A stretch of 64,000 bases of DNA from Blastocatellia bacterium (GTDB lineage: Bacteria > Acidobacteriota > Blastocatellia > UBA7656), in the NCBI GenBank assembly GCA_963765495.1, contig CAVXWP010000012.1, forward strand, positions 32,001-96,000. Reading direction: 5' to 3'. The notes beneath the pieces were generated by a model. The model was not told the origin of the DNA. It was given only the letters and a program-made list of their open reading frames with translations, and did no database searches. Shown here in pieces: positions 1 to 9,948 of this stretch (position 1 is the stretch's first letter; every line of letters starts with the position of its first letter). Position numbers and translations under genes: made by a program.

Positions 1-447
1 CTCCGTATGGATGCCTGCCCGATCCATAGCCGAGGCCAGCGCAACGAGGCTCACGACTCCACAGGTATTATCGGCTATGCCGGGCGCTAGCAACCGGCGG
101 CCTTCTTGACGAACACGCACATCCGTACCCTCGGGAAAGACCGTGTCGAGATGCGCCGATACTATAATTCGCGGACTTGCAGCGTGGCCCTCTCGCTCGG
201 CAATGATGTTTCCTTCCGCGTCTACGCGTGTGCGGGAAAGCCCCAGTTCTTCGAATCGTTTTCGGATGTAGCTGCCTCGCGCCTCTTCTTTGAACGGAGG
301 CGCGGGTATCTCGCAAATACGGATAAGTTCTTCGGTGGTCTCCTCTCCGGTGTCGGCGATAAACTGAAAGGCTCGCTGGATTTCAGGCGCAGAGAGCATA
401 TCTGGAATAGAAGACATCCTCTCCGCGCTCGGCGCGTAATTTTGCAT
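1..447 (-). CDS. M20/M28 family metallopeptidase, 5' part (runs off left edge)
   Basis: Not in the ORF track. Manual translation from ATG 447 (AAGGAG SD) gives MQNYAPSA...ICEIPAPPFKE...DAEGNII...IVSAHLDTVFP...APGIADN, with the M20 HxD and D metal ligands; open to position 1. Confidence 0.88.
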   Translation of the reverse strand, partial: MQNYAPSAERMSSIPDMLSAPEIQRAFQFIADTGEETTEELIRICEIPAPPFKEEARGSYIRKRFEELGLSRTRVDAEGNIIAEREGHAASPRIIVSAHLDTVFPEGTDVRVRQEGRRLLAPGIADNTCGVVSLVALASAMDRAGIHTE

Positions 448-530
448 CTAACTCCTTCGGTCCCGGATTTTGATTTCAGGCAATCGGGCTCCTCGCCGTT
501 TACCTTTGGGGAGTATACAAGTCAAACTAT

Positions 531-1745
531 TCAGATGAGCGCCATCACTTCTTCATCCGTAAGCACCGATGTGCACTGCTTGACGTGATTGAATATAAGT
601 TCGACGCGCTCGTCTGTCACCTCTACTTCGTGGCGTTCGAGCCAGAACACGATATTGGATTTACCGCTCATCGGGCCTATCTCTATCAACTGCTCGCGAC
701 CCAGCATACTTGCCGGAACGCCCGAATATACCATATCCGCAAGCCAGCTATCACCCTTGCGAAAAGCCTTGATGACCGCCGCCGCGTGCACACCCGTAGC
801 CGTGCGAAAAGCATCGCGGCCCACCATCGGATAAGTGATCGGTATAGTCACGCCGGTTGCTTCGCTTACGAGTTCGCAATAGCGAGTCAGGTTTGATAGA
901 TCGCGATGGATGTATCCCATCAATTGCAGGTTCACAAGCAACTGATCCATAGGGGCGTTGCCGACGCGCTCGCCTATGCCGAGCGCCGTGCCGTGCAGCC
1001 TGTCTGCTCCGGCCTCGAAGGCCGCAATCGAATTGATAACGCCAAGTCCTCGATCCTGATGACCGTGCCAGTCAATCTTTACGTCTTCGACGCCCGTTTC
1101 CTGAACCACCGAATGGATAAAGTTTATCAGCGCGGTCGCGCCTTCGGGCGTGGCGTGACCTACGGTATCGCATACGCACACGCGTCTGGCTCCGGCTTCG
1201 ATAGCCGTTTTGTAAAGGGCGCGAATCGTGTCGGGATGAGCGCGGGTGGTATCTTCGGTCACATACATCACCGGAAGCCCATGAGCGGCAGCGAACTTCA
1301 CGGCGTCTTCCGTAGCCGTGAGCATCATCTCAAGGGACCAGCCTTCGGCGTATTGCCGAATGGGACTTGATCCGATAAATGTGCAGGCTTCAATGGGGAT
1401 GCCTACCTTTTCAGAGATGTTTATGATCGGCTCGATGTCGGCGCGCACGGTGCGCGCGGCGCAATTAGGCTGGATGTCGAGTTTGCAATCGACTATTTCT
1501 CGAGCGAGTCTTGTAACATCGGCCACGGCACGCGGTCCCGCTCCGGGCAGCCCTATGTCGGCGCTGTCTATGCCGAGCGAATCCATGATATGGAGTATCT
1601 CGATCTTTTTCTCGACGGGCGGGTCAATGACCGAGGGCGATTGCAGCCCGTCTCTGAGCGATTCGTCGTCAAACTCCACAGGGCGGCTGGCCGTTATTTC
1701 ACGGCCTACGATGTTCCAGTCATATATAAGTTCGTTCTTATCCAA
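531..1745 (-). CDS. LeuA-like DRE-TIM acyltransferase (2-isopropylmalate/homocitrate/citramalate synthase family), short form without regulatory domain
   Basis: DESLRDGLQS, CDTVG, HGHQDRG and GIGERVGN motifs; 404 aa; TTG start with GGAAGG SD. Confidence 0.85.
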   Translation of the reverse strand: MDKNELIYDWNIVGREITASRPVEFDDESLRDGLQSPSVIDPPVEKKIEILHIMDSLGIDSADIGLPGAGPRAVADVTRLAREIVDCKLDIQPNCAARTVRADIEPIINISEKVGIPIEACTFIGSSPIRQYAEGWSLEMMLTATEDAVKFAAAHGLPVMYVTEDTTRAHPDTIRALYKTAIEAGARRVCVCDTVGHATPEGATALINFIHSVVQETGVEDVKIDWHGHQDRGLGVINSIAAFEAGADRLHGTALGIGERVGNAPMDQLLVNLQLMGYIHRDLSNLTRYCELVSEATGVTIPITYPMVGRDAFRTATGVHAAAVIKAFRKGDSWLADMVYSGVPASMLGREQLIEIGPMSGKSNIVFWLERHEVEVTDERVELIFNHVKQCTSVLTDEEVMALI

Positions 1746-1976
1746 ATTCTCACCTTCCTGAAAGATTAGAGCAAACCCGCGAGCCCACAGTCAAGTTAGC
1801 TGACAGGCGACAGAAGCGAGGAACCGCTCTTTGCCGGGGCCGTATAACTCTCAGATCGACCTGTCGAGATTGTAGGAAACAACCGGCCGCTATATGAAAA
1901 AGCTTTGCGGCTTTGCGAAAAATAGAACATCGCCCATTCGCAAAATAGGCCAAGTATGTGAAGTTTTTCCCGAGAA

Positions 1977-2720
1977 TTAAATGGTTTTGGGATAAAAGAC
2001 CGACAAATTATCTACGGGTACGAAACCGAGTTTGGCCGCGAGCCGCATTGAAGCCACATTTGCCACCTCCGCTCCCCACACGGGTTGCTTGCCCAGTTTG
2101 CGCATGTAATCAACCAGATAAGCCACGCACAGAGCGGCGTATCCGTGCTGTCTGTACTCGGCCAGAGTGTCAATCGAGATGTCCCACAGTGTTTCTGTCT
2201 CTGCCGCCACATAGCAAAACGATACGGGGCGGTCTTCGATAAACGCGGCTACCACAAGCGAGCATTTGGCGGCGGTCTCCAACTCTTTTTTCAAGTCGGG
2301 CGGCAAGTCGCCGATAACGTCTATCTCGAAGGCTTCAATCCCGCGGACCATTTTCTCGGGAGCGAGTGGAAGCTTCGCATTATCGTAGAGAAGATGTATC
2401 ACTGCCGGGCTGTTTTTCCAATCGGGCAGAGCCCGGGCGACGTAAGGGGTGTTTTCAGGAGGGGCGAGAACCGCGCCCTTGTTTTCATTGCGCGAAACTG
2501 CTTCCCTGATGGCTTCCGCTTCGGGGAGACCCACTACAGACACAAGCTCCCCCTCCGAGCAGCGAACTACGAAGCTGAGTTGATTTGTCTCATCCAGACC
2601 GAGGACTTCTCCCTGACCCGATAGCAGCATCGAGCGCGTCTCGATCCATCGCGGAATATCAGGCAACGCCATGGCCAGATCACCGGCCAGATCACCCGGC
2701 ATCGAATGCTGTTCCGACAT
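1977..2720 (-). CDS. GNAT family acetyltransferase
   Basis: C-terminal IDTLAEYRQHGYA (motif A) and NVASMRLAAKLGF; start moved to ATG 2720. Confidence 0.8.
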   Translation of the reverse strand: MSEQHSMPGDLAGDLAMALPDIPRWIETRSMLLSGQGEVLGLDETNQLSFVVRCSEGELVSVVGLPEAEAIREAVSRNENKGAVLAPPENTPYVARALPDWKNSPAVIHLLYDNAKLPLAPEKMVRGIEAFEIDVIGDLPPDLKKELETAAKCSLVVAAFIEDRPVSFCYVAAETETLWDISIDTLAEYRQHGYAALCVAYLVDYMRKLGKQPVWGAEVANVASMRLAAKLGFVPVDNLSVFYPKTI

Positions 2721-2722
2721 AA

Positions 2723-3436
2723 TCACTCCGTTGCAGGCTCCAGGTTGCCCGAGGTCGGGGTTCTTGCGGCAAGCCATTCGTTTATGTGTGGCAGCGACTC
2801 GCGCGGAAAGACATGTCCTGCCCGGTAGCTCACATATTCGACCGAACGGGCGCGGCGCAAGAGCGCATCCTTAAATTTCATCGTGCGCTCCATAGGATAA
2901 AACTGATCCGTCTCGCCCGCGATAATAAGCACATCCGTCTCGCTATCGTGATATTTGTCCTGATCCCAATCGCCCGGTATGCCGCCACAAACCGCGACTA
3001 TGCCGCGCGCCAGATTCGGATGAGTAAAGGCGAAACGATAATTCAGAGCTACGGATTGAGAGAACGCAATAAGAAAGATCGCTCGCCGGTCTATCGGATA
3101 TTGGCGAGAAATCTCCTCGATGACCGAAAGCAGGGTCTCGTGATGGAGCCGTATGGTCTCTTCCGCCTTGTACTGCATCATCCAGCCAAAACCTATTCTG
3201 GGTCTGGCGGATTCGGCTTCGTCACGCACAAAAAACGCATTCGGCCCTTGAACAGAAGCTATCACATAATCCTGCGAATTGATCCTTTGGGCGAGGGCCA
3301 TCATCGATTCCTTGTTGCCCTCGTAGCCATGCAGCGCGATGATGAGCGGCATAGGAGGCGCTTCCGTCTCACGGTCAGGCACATAAAGGTCATAGTAGAG
3401 TTTTGTACGCTGTTCGATGGTTCTTTCGGTAATCAT
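2723..3436 (-). CDS. Alpha/beta hydrolase (phospholipase/carboxylesterase-like)
   Basis: ALHGY oxyanion motif, AFSQS nucleophile elbow (variant of GxSxG), GETD acid and AGH His. Confidence 0.8.
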   Translation of the reverse strand: MITERTIEQRTKLYYDLYVPDRETEAPPMPLIIALHGYEGNKESMMALAQRINSQDYVIASVQGPNAFFVRDEAESARPRIGFGWMMQYKAEETIRLHHETLLSVIEEISRQYPIDRRAIFLIAFSQSVALNYRFAFTHPNLARGIVAVCGGIPGDWDQDKYHDSETDVLIIAGETDQFYPMERTMKFKDALLRRARSVEYVSYRAGHVFPRESLPHINEWLAARTPTSGNLEPATE

Positions 3437-3443
3437 AAGTGGA

Positions 3444-3529
3444 GCGATGCGTGATACGTGATGCGTGATCAGAAAACTTGTGAAGCTTGTCAAAAAGTCC
3501 GGCTCACGAATCGCGAATCACGAATCACG
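3444..3529. repeat. Inverted heptamer array element (CGTGATN)n ... (NATCACG)n
   Basis: GCGATGCGTGATACGTGATGCGTGAT at 3444-3469 and TCACGAATCGCGAATCACGAATCACG at 3504-3529, between divergent genes. Confidence 0.75.
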
Positions 3530-3586
3530 TTCCCCTCCTCAGATGTGTTTGGCTTAATTGCGGCGCGTTCGATATTATCTGAAATT

Positions 3587-4660
3587 ATGGATATGGAAAA
3601 GCCGGTCCGGTATGTCATATTCGGCGCTGGGGCAATTGGCAGCGCGGTTGGCGGGCGTCTCGTTCACGCAGGGCTCTCTGTCGCATTCGTGGCGAGAGCG
3701 CCGCAGGTCGAGGCCTTGAAGCGAGGTATCCTCATCAAGCAGGCGGATACGGAGATTCGCGTGCAGGGCGAGGCCGCGACATCCATCAGCGAGCTTGAAC
3801 CTGACGGCAACGACGTGATTATGATCGTCACAAAATCGCAGGTTACCCGGTTGGTGGTCGAAGAACTCTTCGAGGTTTACGGTCGTCACGCAAATGTGAT
3901 CTGTCTGCAAAACGGCATCCGCAATGAAGAGGTTGCCGCTGAAAGGTTCGATAACGTCTATGCTGCGCTTGTGCTGTTGAGCGCGGTCCAACTGGAACCC
4001 GAAGTAATTACGATGCCGCGCGACAATACCATAGCCCTTTGTCGCTATCCTGACAGGGTTGACGATTTGACCCGCCGATGCGTGGAAGACCTTACCCGCT
4101 CAGGATTCAATGCGCTGGCCTCTGAGCACGTGATGGCAATGAAGTGGGGCAAGCTCGTGGCCAATCTCAACAACGCCACGCACGCCGTAACGGGTTACTG
4201 GCTGGAGCGAGGGCTTGGCGAGCCTGAGATGAGTTGTCTGATGCTGGCGATCCGCGAAGAAGGTTTGCGTGTGCTCGACCGGGCGGGCATCGGTGTCGAG
4301 CCTCCCCCGGATGAGCCTTCGCCTATCAGGATAAGAGAGAACACCGAGCGGCTAAGGCAGCTTTGCCTGAATCCCCGCCCGCAGAGAGATTTGCCGATTG
4401 AGGAACGGACATATCCTTCGATGTGGCAGGACCTTTACCTCGGTCGCAAATCGAACGAGGCTGAATTCTTGAACGGTGAGATAGTCGCCCTCGGAAAGAA
4501 ATACGGCGTTCCCACGCCCTATAATTCCACGCTTTTGGAATTGATCGACCGGATGACAGAAGCGGGAGAAAAGCCCGGAATTTACACGCCCGCCGAGCTT
4601 CACGCCCTGATAAAGTCTCGAACGAACGAGGAGACCGGGCAGGCAAATCAAGGCTGTTGA
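3587..4660 (+). CDS. Ketopantoate reductase (PanE/ApbA) family oxidoreductase
   Basis: GAGAIG Rossmann motif, LQNG, KWGKLVAN, SMWQD and EAEFLNG motifs. Confidence 0.88.
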   Translation: MDMEKPVRYVIFGAGAIGSAVGGRLVHAGLSVAFVARAPQVEALKRGILIKQADTEIRVQGEAATSISELEPDGNDVIMIVTKSQVTRLVVEELFEVYGRHANVICLQNGIRNEEVAAERFDNVYAALVLLSAVQLEPEVITMPRDNTIALCRYPDRVDDLTRRCVEDLTRSGFNALASEHVMAMKWGKLVANLNNATHAVTGYWLERGLGEPEMSCLMLAIREEGLRVLDRAGIGVEPPPDEPSPIRIRENTERLRQLCLNPRPQRDLPIEERTYPSMWQDLYLGRKSNEAEFLNGEIVALGKKYGVPTPYNSTLLELIDRMTEAGEKPGIYTPAELHALIKSRTNEETGQANQGC

Positions 4661-4684
4661 CATCCGAGCGATTGGTGTTATATT
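4657..4684 (+). promoter_or_regulatory. Sigma70-type promoter
   Basis: TTGACA-16nt-TATATT with TG extended -10, upstream of the 4831 gene. Confidence 0.5.
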
Positions 4685-4830
4685 ACGTTTAAGACTGGCA
4701 CCCAGTCAGGCCCCTAATTGACGAAAATTTGATCTCGTTAGCCGGTGGTTGAAAGGCAAAGATAGTCAGTGTGTCTTTGACGAGATGGCTCCTCGGTTTT
4801 CGCCGCCGCTATGTATTTGAGAGGGTGGGA

Positions 4831-5451
4831 ATGATGTACAAAATGAACAGACTGGTCGCGGCAATTATCACTATGCTGATCGTCCTCACATCGCTTCCGG
4901 GCGCATATGCTCAGGCAAGCGCGCAGGACCCTAAAGTCAAAGAGGCGAGCGGCGATGACAACTTTGATCCTATCGAGTTTCTCAATCGATTCAAGCTTGG
5001 AATGAGTTACACAGAGGTGCAGAATCTGCTGCCCAAGAACTTTGACCAGGATATCCTCTCATATATCACGACCGACGAAGTCTTCCTGTTAAACGTAGAC
5101 ATACCGGGCCGGGCCGGCTGGAATGCCTCATTCAAATTCGACACGCTGGACGCGGCCATGCGCAGACCGGAGCAACTGGTCGAGGTAAGTTGCGGTGCGG
5201 CGCTTTCGAGCCGCAGTTCCTCTTTTGAATCCCTTGTCCGCCGAGTCGCAGATGTTTTCGGCGAGCCGGATAAGATGGACAAATCCGAAGATCAGATTCA
5301 GCAGGCTGGCTGGAGGGTTTCGGGCGGGTCTGTCCTGACGCTTGAATACTTCGTTGTGCCGAAGGGGCTGGACGGAAAAGATGTGAGCGTTGATTTCGTC
5401 GTAAAGAAAAACAAGCGGGCGAAATCTTCTCCATCAAAAGACATCGCCTGA
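4831..5451 (+). CDS. Hypothetical secreted protein
   Basis: N-terminal signal peptide (AYA cleavage); GAGAGG SD-like sequence; no family recognised. Confidence 0.7.
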   Translation: MMYKMNRLVAAIITMLIVLTSLPGAYAQASAQDPKVKEASGDDNFDPIEFLNRFKLGMSYTEVQNLLPKNFDQDILSYITTDEVFLLNVDIPGRAGWNASFKFDTLDAAMRRPEQLVEVSCGAALSSRSSSFESLVRRVADVFGEPDKMDKSEDQIQQAGWRVSGGSVLTLEYFVVPKGLDGKDVSVDFVVKKNKRAKSSPSKDIA

Positions 5452-5527
5452 ACCGGATCAATTCTGAACCGGATCAATTCTGAACCGGATCAATTCTGAA
5501 CCGGATCAATTCTGAACCGGATCAACT
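5448..5527. repeat. Tandem repeat, 5 x 16 bp (CTGAACCGGATCAATT)
   Basis: Four exact copies plus one with a single mismatch; the first copy contains the TGA stop of the upstream gene. Confidence 0.95.
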
Positions 5528-5555
5528 CGATTATCTCAGGGAAATAGGTTCATGC

Positions 5556-7877
5556 TTACTGCGCGAGTCCGACACGGTCCGCGAGGTCTGCGAATCTCGC
5601 GTCTTTTCGCAGCGGGTCGAATACGGGGTCTACATTCAGAAAGGCAAGAAAACCGTATCTCTCCTCACAAGCCTTTTCAAGCCACGCAAAAGCCTTGTCT
5701 TTATCGCCGAGGCCGATGTGAATCCTGGCGATAAAGTAGGCGGGGATATATCTCTCTTTCGAAAGTTTGACGAGCGATTTAAGGACCTTTACGGCATCCT
5801 GTTTCCTGCCCGATACGGCATAGGTGTGACCAAGCGCCGCCACGGTTTCAGTATCTTCGCCTGAAAGCCCCACGGCTATTTGAAGATGTGATACGGCATC
5901 CTCATAGCGAGACTGCTGCTCGTATGCCTGCCCGAGGCGACGATGGGCGAGCGCAAATGACGGGTCGAGTTCAAGGGTGCGCCTGTATTGCTCGACGGCT
6001 TCCGGGTAACGTCTGGCCAGATAAAAAACCCATCCTGCGTTTGTGTTTATCGGCAGCGAGAGCGGGTCAATCAATTGCGCGCGTTCTATTTCCGCGAGGG
6101 CTTCATCGAACCTTCCCATTGCCGCCAGATCGAGCGCGTACCAGAGGTGAGCCGTCGCGTAGCCGGGGTTAAGTTTGAGCGCCAGTTGAAATTCCCGTTC
6201 CGCCGCTTTCCAGTCCCAGTCGTAGCCGAGCCGCACGAATGCAAGCGAGGTATGGGCCTCGGCCAGTTGCTCGTCAAGCTCAAGCGCCTTGATTGCCGAG
6301 GTCTTGGCGCGGGTGAAGGCTTCGTGAGGAGGCAGGGCGCTGTAGCTGGCCAGGATGTTATAAGAATCGGCGAGCCCCGCGTAGGCCAGCGCATAATTCG
6401 GGTCCGCTTCGATGGCCCGCTCGAAATACTCTATGCCCTTTTTCACCCCCTCAACCGTTCGCTTGTTCCACGAGTAACGGCCTTTGAGGTAAAGCTGATA
6501 GGCATCGGTCTTTTCGGTATATCGTCTGGTCAGCTTCTTCTTTTCCGCGCCGGTCAGTTTCAATCTCAGCTTGTCGGATATTTCCGTAGAGATCTCTTCT
6601 TCTATGGTAAAGATGTCTGTAAGTTTTCGGTTATACGTTCCGCCCCACAACTGAGAGCCGTCCGAGGTATCGACAAGTTCGGTCTTTATGACGAGCCCGT
6701 CCCCCCTGTGAAGAACCCTGCCTGTAAGGACTGCGCGTACGCCGAGCGAGCGCCCGGTTTCCATAGGATCGATCTCTTTGTCCTTGTAGCGAAAGACGGT
6801 GCTGCGCGCCATCACTCGCAACTCGGGCAATTGCGAGAGGGTGTTGATTATACTCTCCGTGATACCGTCGGAAAGATAATCCATGTCGGAGTCTTTGCTC
6901 GCGTTGATAAGCGGCAGTATGGCCAGAGAGTTTATCTTTTTGCTTGAGCGCTTTTTCTTAGGAGGCTTAATCTCTCCGGTAGCACTTGCGGGCACAAGGT
7001 CTGCCGTTATCGACGCTCGCTGGAGGTTGCGCAAGTCTGTTAAAAGCTCGCGTGCCGATTGATACCGGCGCTCTCGATCCTTCTCAAGACATTTGCGCGC
7101 TATGTGATCGAGATCGGCCGGAACCGAGTAATTAAATCGAGCTATCGCGGGCGGGTTCTTGTGTATGATTCCGTCGATGATTTCGGTGAAGCTCTCTCCA
7201 TCAAACGGCATACGCCCGGTGAGCATTTCATAGATAACCACGCCCAGACTGAACAGGTCCGAGCGGTGATCTACGGTGTGACCGAGCGCCTGCTCGGGCG
7301 ACATATAGGCGACGGTCCCGACGACGATTCCGGCAGAGGTCTGTTTGCTGAGCGGAACCGTGGGCGCATTCTCGTCTTCGAAATCTTCGGTCTCGCCCGG
7401 TGCCTGATCTATAAATTTAGCAAGCCCGAAATCGAGCACCTTTACAAGCCCGCGTTCGTTGATGATCAGGTTAGCGCTCTTGATGTCTCGATGTACGACT
7501 CCCTGCGAGTGGGCTTCGTCAAGCGCATCGGCAACCTGCGCGGCTATGCTCACGACTTCGCGCGCCGAGAGCAGTCCCCGCTCGATTCGCTGGGAGAGCA
7601 TTTCGCCTTCGACATACTCCATAACGATATAGCGCGAGCCTTGATGCTCGCCTATGTCATAGATGGCGGCGATTGAAGGAGAGCGAAGACCGGAAGCGGC
7701 ACGCGCCTCTTTCAGAAACCTCGCACTGCGAACGGGGTCATACTGGTAGGAGGCGGGCAAGAGTTTTAGAGCTATTTGTCGGCCGAGCCTGACGTCTTCG
7801 GCCAGAAAGACCTCTCCCATCCCACCTGCTCCGAGTTTTTTGATTATGCGGTAATGAGAGATAATTTCCGGCGTCAT
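5556..7877 (-). CDS. Hanks-type Ser/Thr protein kinase with TolB-like domain and TPR repeats
   Basis: LGAGGMGEV, ALK, HRDIKSAN, DFG, YMSPEQ; SLAILP TolB-like segment; C-terminal TPRs. Confidence 0.95.
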   Translation of the reverse strand: MTPEIISHYRIIKKLGAGGMGEVFLAEDVRLGRQIALKLLPASYQYDPVRSARFLKEARAASGLRSPSIAAIYDIGEHQGSRYIVMEYVEGEMLSQRIERGLLSAREVVSIAAQVADALDEAHSQGVVHRDIKSANLIINERGLVKVLDFGLAKFIDQAPGETEDFEDENAPTVPLSKQTSAGIVVGTVAYMSPEQALGHTVDHRSDLFSLGVVIYEMLTGRMPFDGESFTEIIDGIIHKNPPAIARFNYSVPADLDHIARKCLEKDRERRYQSARELLTDLRNLQRASITADLVPASATGEIKPPKKKRSSKKINSLAILPLINASKDSDMDYLSDGITESIINTLSQLPELRVMARSTVFRYKDKEIDPMETGRSLGVRAVLTGRVLHRGDGLVIKTELVDTSDGSQLWGGTYNRKLTDIFTIEEEISTEISDKLRLKLTGAEKKKLTRRYTEKTDAYQLYLKGRYSWNKRTVEGVKKGIEYFERAIEADPNYALAYAGLADSYNILASYSALPPHEAFTRAKTSAIKALELDEQLAEAHTSLAFVRLGYDWDWKAAEREFQLALKLNPGYATAHLWYALDLAAMGRFDEALAEIERAQLIDPLSLPINTNAGWVFYLARRYPEAVEQYRRTLELDPSFALAHRRLGQAYEQQSRYEDAVSHLQIAVGLSGEDTETVAALGHTYAVSGRKQDAVKVLKSLVKLSKERYIPAYFIARIHIGLGDKDKAFAWLEKACEERYGFLAFLNVDPVFDPLRKDARFADLADRVGLAQ

Positions 7878-8030
7878 CGTATTTTGGCCTCTGGGCAGCA
7901 AACAGCCGTCAGACTGACGAGGAGTATAGCCGATTAAGCCCTGTGATTGCATGTCAACTCATGATACGCCGGTTCTTGCTATACCAGATGGGTGAAGACA
8001 ATCGTTGAATGTAAACACTCCGCAAAACTT

Positions 8031-8633
8031 TCAGGGCTTCTGCTCCTGCTCTTCTTCCTTCTCTGTACTGAAGAACTCCTGATCCTCTTCGATGACTCGT
8101 CGTTCAAAGCGGGTGATGATATAGACTGTGGCCAGTATGATAACGCCTATGAGAAGAATTATCTGGATGCGATGCAGGTCGCCGATCAGCTTCTCTATTC
8201 CGGTGGCGAAGGTGAATCCCGCCCCGGCCAGTATGCCTACCCAGAGAGCGCAACTTGCCAGCGTGAGCAAAGCGAATTTACCGAATCCGAATTGAGCAAG
8301 CCCCCAGAAGATCGCGCTCGTGGTTCTCAGCCCGTAGACATACTTGACGATAAAGACCGAAAGCACGCCGAATTTCCTCATCAATTTTTCTATGCGAGGA
8401 CGGGCGCGCACAAAAAATTGCAGGGTCCTGGCCCGCTCGCGAAAGCGCGCTCCTATCAGATAGCTCAACGAATCGCCTGCAAAACCGCCTATCGTGCCCA
8501 CAACTAACGCTTCTTCGAGTGAGAAGACACCGGCGCGGGCGAGCACGCCTGCAAGAAGCAGAGTCAAATCGCCTTCGATCATGGTTCCGAAAAATACTGC
8601 CCACAGCCCGTATCTTTGCAGCAGTTCGTACAT
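8031..8633 (-). CDS. DedA family membrane protein
   Basis: GTMIEGD, GDSLSYLIG and KYVYGLR motifs; multiple TM helices. Confidence 0.88.
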   Translation of the reverse strand: MYELLQRYGLWAVFFGTMIEGDLTLLLAGVLARAGVFSLEEALVVGTIGGFAGDSLSYLIGARFRERARTLQFFVRARPRIEKLMRKFGVLSVFIVKYVYGLRTTSAIFWGLAQFGFGKFALLTLASCALWVGILAGAGFTFATGIEKLIGDLHRIQIILLIGVIILATVYIITRFERRVIEEDQEFFSTEKEEEQEQKP

Positions 8634-8949
8634 AGAGACTCAGGACCCGCGAGACGGTTTTGGACCAGCGTCTCTTCGGGTCTGTGGATTGTAGCCTATT
8701 CTGGGCGAATTGACATGTGTTAAATCGAACTGCGCCAGAAAAGGCTTTGCCGGAATTCATAAGAATCCACCTGTATAAAGAGAGCATCCAGGTTGAATCT
8801 TGTCGGATCCTGTGAGTCCTTTCAAAAAAATCAGAGGCTACTGTACGGTCTATGGAGCGGCTGCGGCAAAATTGACAGCCCTTTCTCGCCTTTGTTATTC
8901 TGAAATATCGAGTTAGCTTTCGAAAGTCAGCCGTAAATAAGGACTGTTT

Positions 8950-9930
8950 ATGACAACCAGCCAGGAGAACGACCCTGTCTATATCGGCATTGATCTCGGC
9001 GGTACGACGCTAAAGGGAGCGCTAGTCAGTTCAGCCGGCGAGATAATACACGAAATCCGTTTCGGAACCGAGCAGCGAAACTCCGAGCAACTGCTCGCGC
9101 AAATTGTCGAAGCGGTGCGCACTCTCAGCCAGAACGAAAAGGCGGCGGGGCGGGCGCGCGCCGTCGGAATAGGAGTGCCCGGGCTTGTAAATCGAAAGAC
9201 GAATCGCATCGAAGTCATGCCCAATCTGCCCGAGCTTTCCAAAATTGATCTCAAGACCGAACTGACTCGCGAGACGAGCCTGCCGGTCATCCTCGATAAT
9301 GATGCCAACTCGGCCGCATACGGCGAGCTTATGGTGGGAGCCGCGCGCGACCGGCAGGATGTCTTCTTCATATCAATGGGAACGGGCATCGGGGCCGGGT
9401 TGATAATCAACGGACAGATATATCGAGGGGCCGCCGGGTTTGCGGGCGAGTTTGGTCACATGACGATTGACCCGGAAGGCATCGAATGCGCCTGCGGCAA
9501 TATAGGCTGTCTTGAAACCATCGCTTCGGGGCCAAACATCGTTCGCCGCACACGCGAGCGTCTCTATCGAGACCGAACCTCTTCGCTGTCGCGCCTTGCA
9601 ATTCCGCGAGACCGCGAATTCACAGCCGAAGACATAGCTCATGCCGCGCGCGAGGGCGACGAGATGGCTCAGGTGATGATGGAACGAACGGGAATGTTTC
9701 TGGGCATAGCCATCGCCGCGGTAATAAATCTTTTGAACGTCGAGATAGTGGTGATGGGCGGTGGAGTGATGGAAGCCGGAGATCTGATCTTGAAACCCAC
9801 GGTCAAAGAGACGCGGCGGCGAGCCTTTCCGCCTTCGTTTGGAAGCTGCGAAATCGTGATCGCGGAACTCGGCCCTTCGGCAGGGATGATAGGAGCAGCC
9901 CTGCTTGCGCGCGATCAAGCCACCGATTAA
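8950..9930 (+). CDS. ROK family sugar kinase (glucokinase-like)
   Basis: GIDLGGT, NDAN, GTGIG, GEFGH and CACGNIGCLE Zn motif. Confidence 0.93.
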   Translation: MTTSQENDPVYIGIDLGGTTLKGALVSSAGEIIHEIRFGTEQRNSEQLLAQIVEAVRTLSQNEKAAGRARAVGIGVPGLVNRKTNRIEVMPNLPELSKIDLKTELTRETSLPVILDNDANSAAYGELMVGAARDRQDVFFISMGTGIGAGLIINGQIYRGAAGFAGEFGHMTIDPEGIECACGNIGCLETIASGPNIVRRTRERLYRDRTSSLSRLAIPRDREFTAEDIAHAAREGDEMAQVMMERTGMFLGIAIAAVINLLNVEIVVMGGGVMEAGDLILKPTVKETRRRAFPPSFGSCEIVIAELGPSAGMIGAALLARDQATD

Positions 9931-9948
9931 TTTCAATCAGGATCAATT

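Noticed and set aside
1750-1960. Leucine attenuator or T-box upstream of the LeuA-like gene
   Set aside because: No Leu-rich leader peptide, T-box motif or clear terminator/antiterminator pair was recognised.
5448-5527. Possible CRISPR array
   Set aside because: The units are 16 bp, contiguous and spacer-less, and there are no cas genes in the window.
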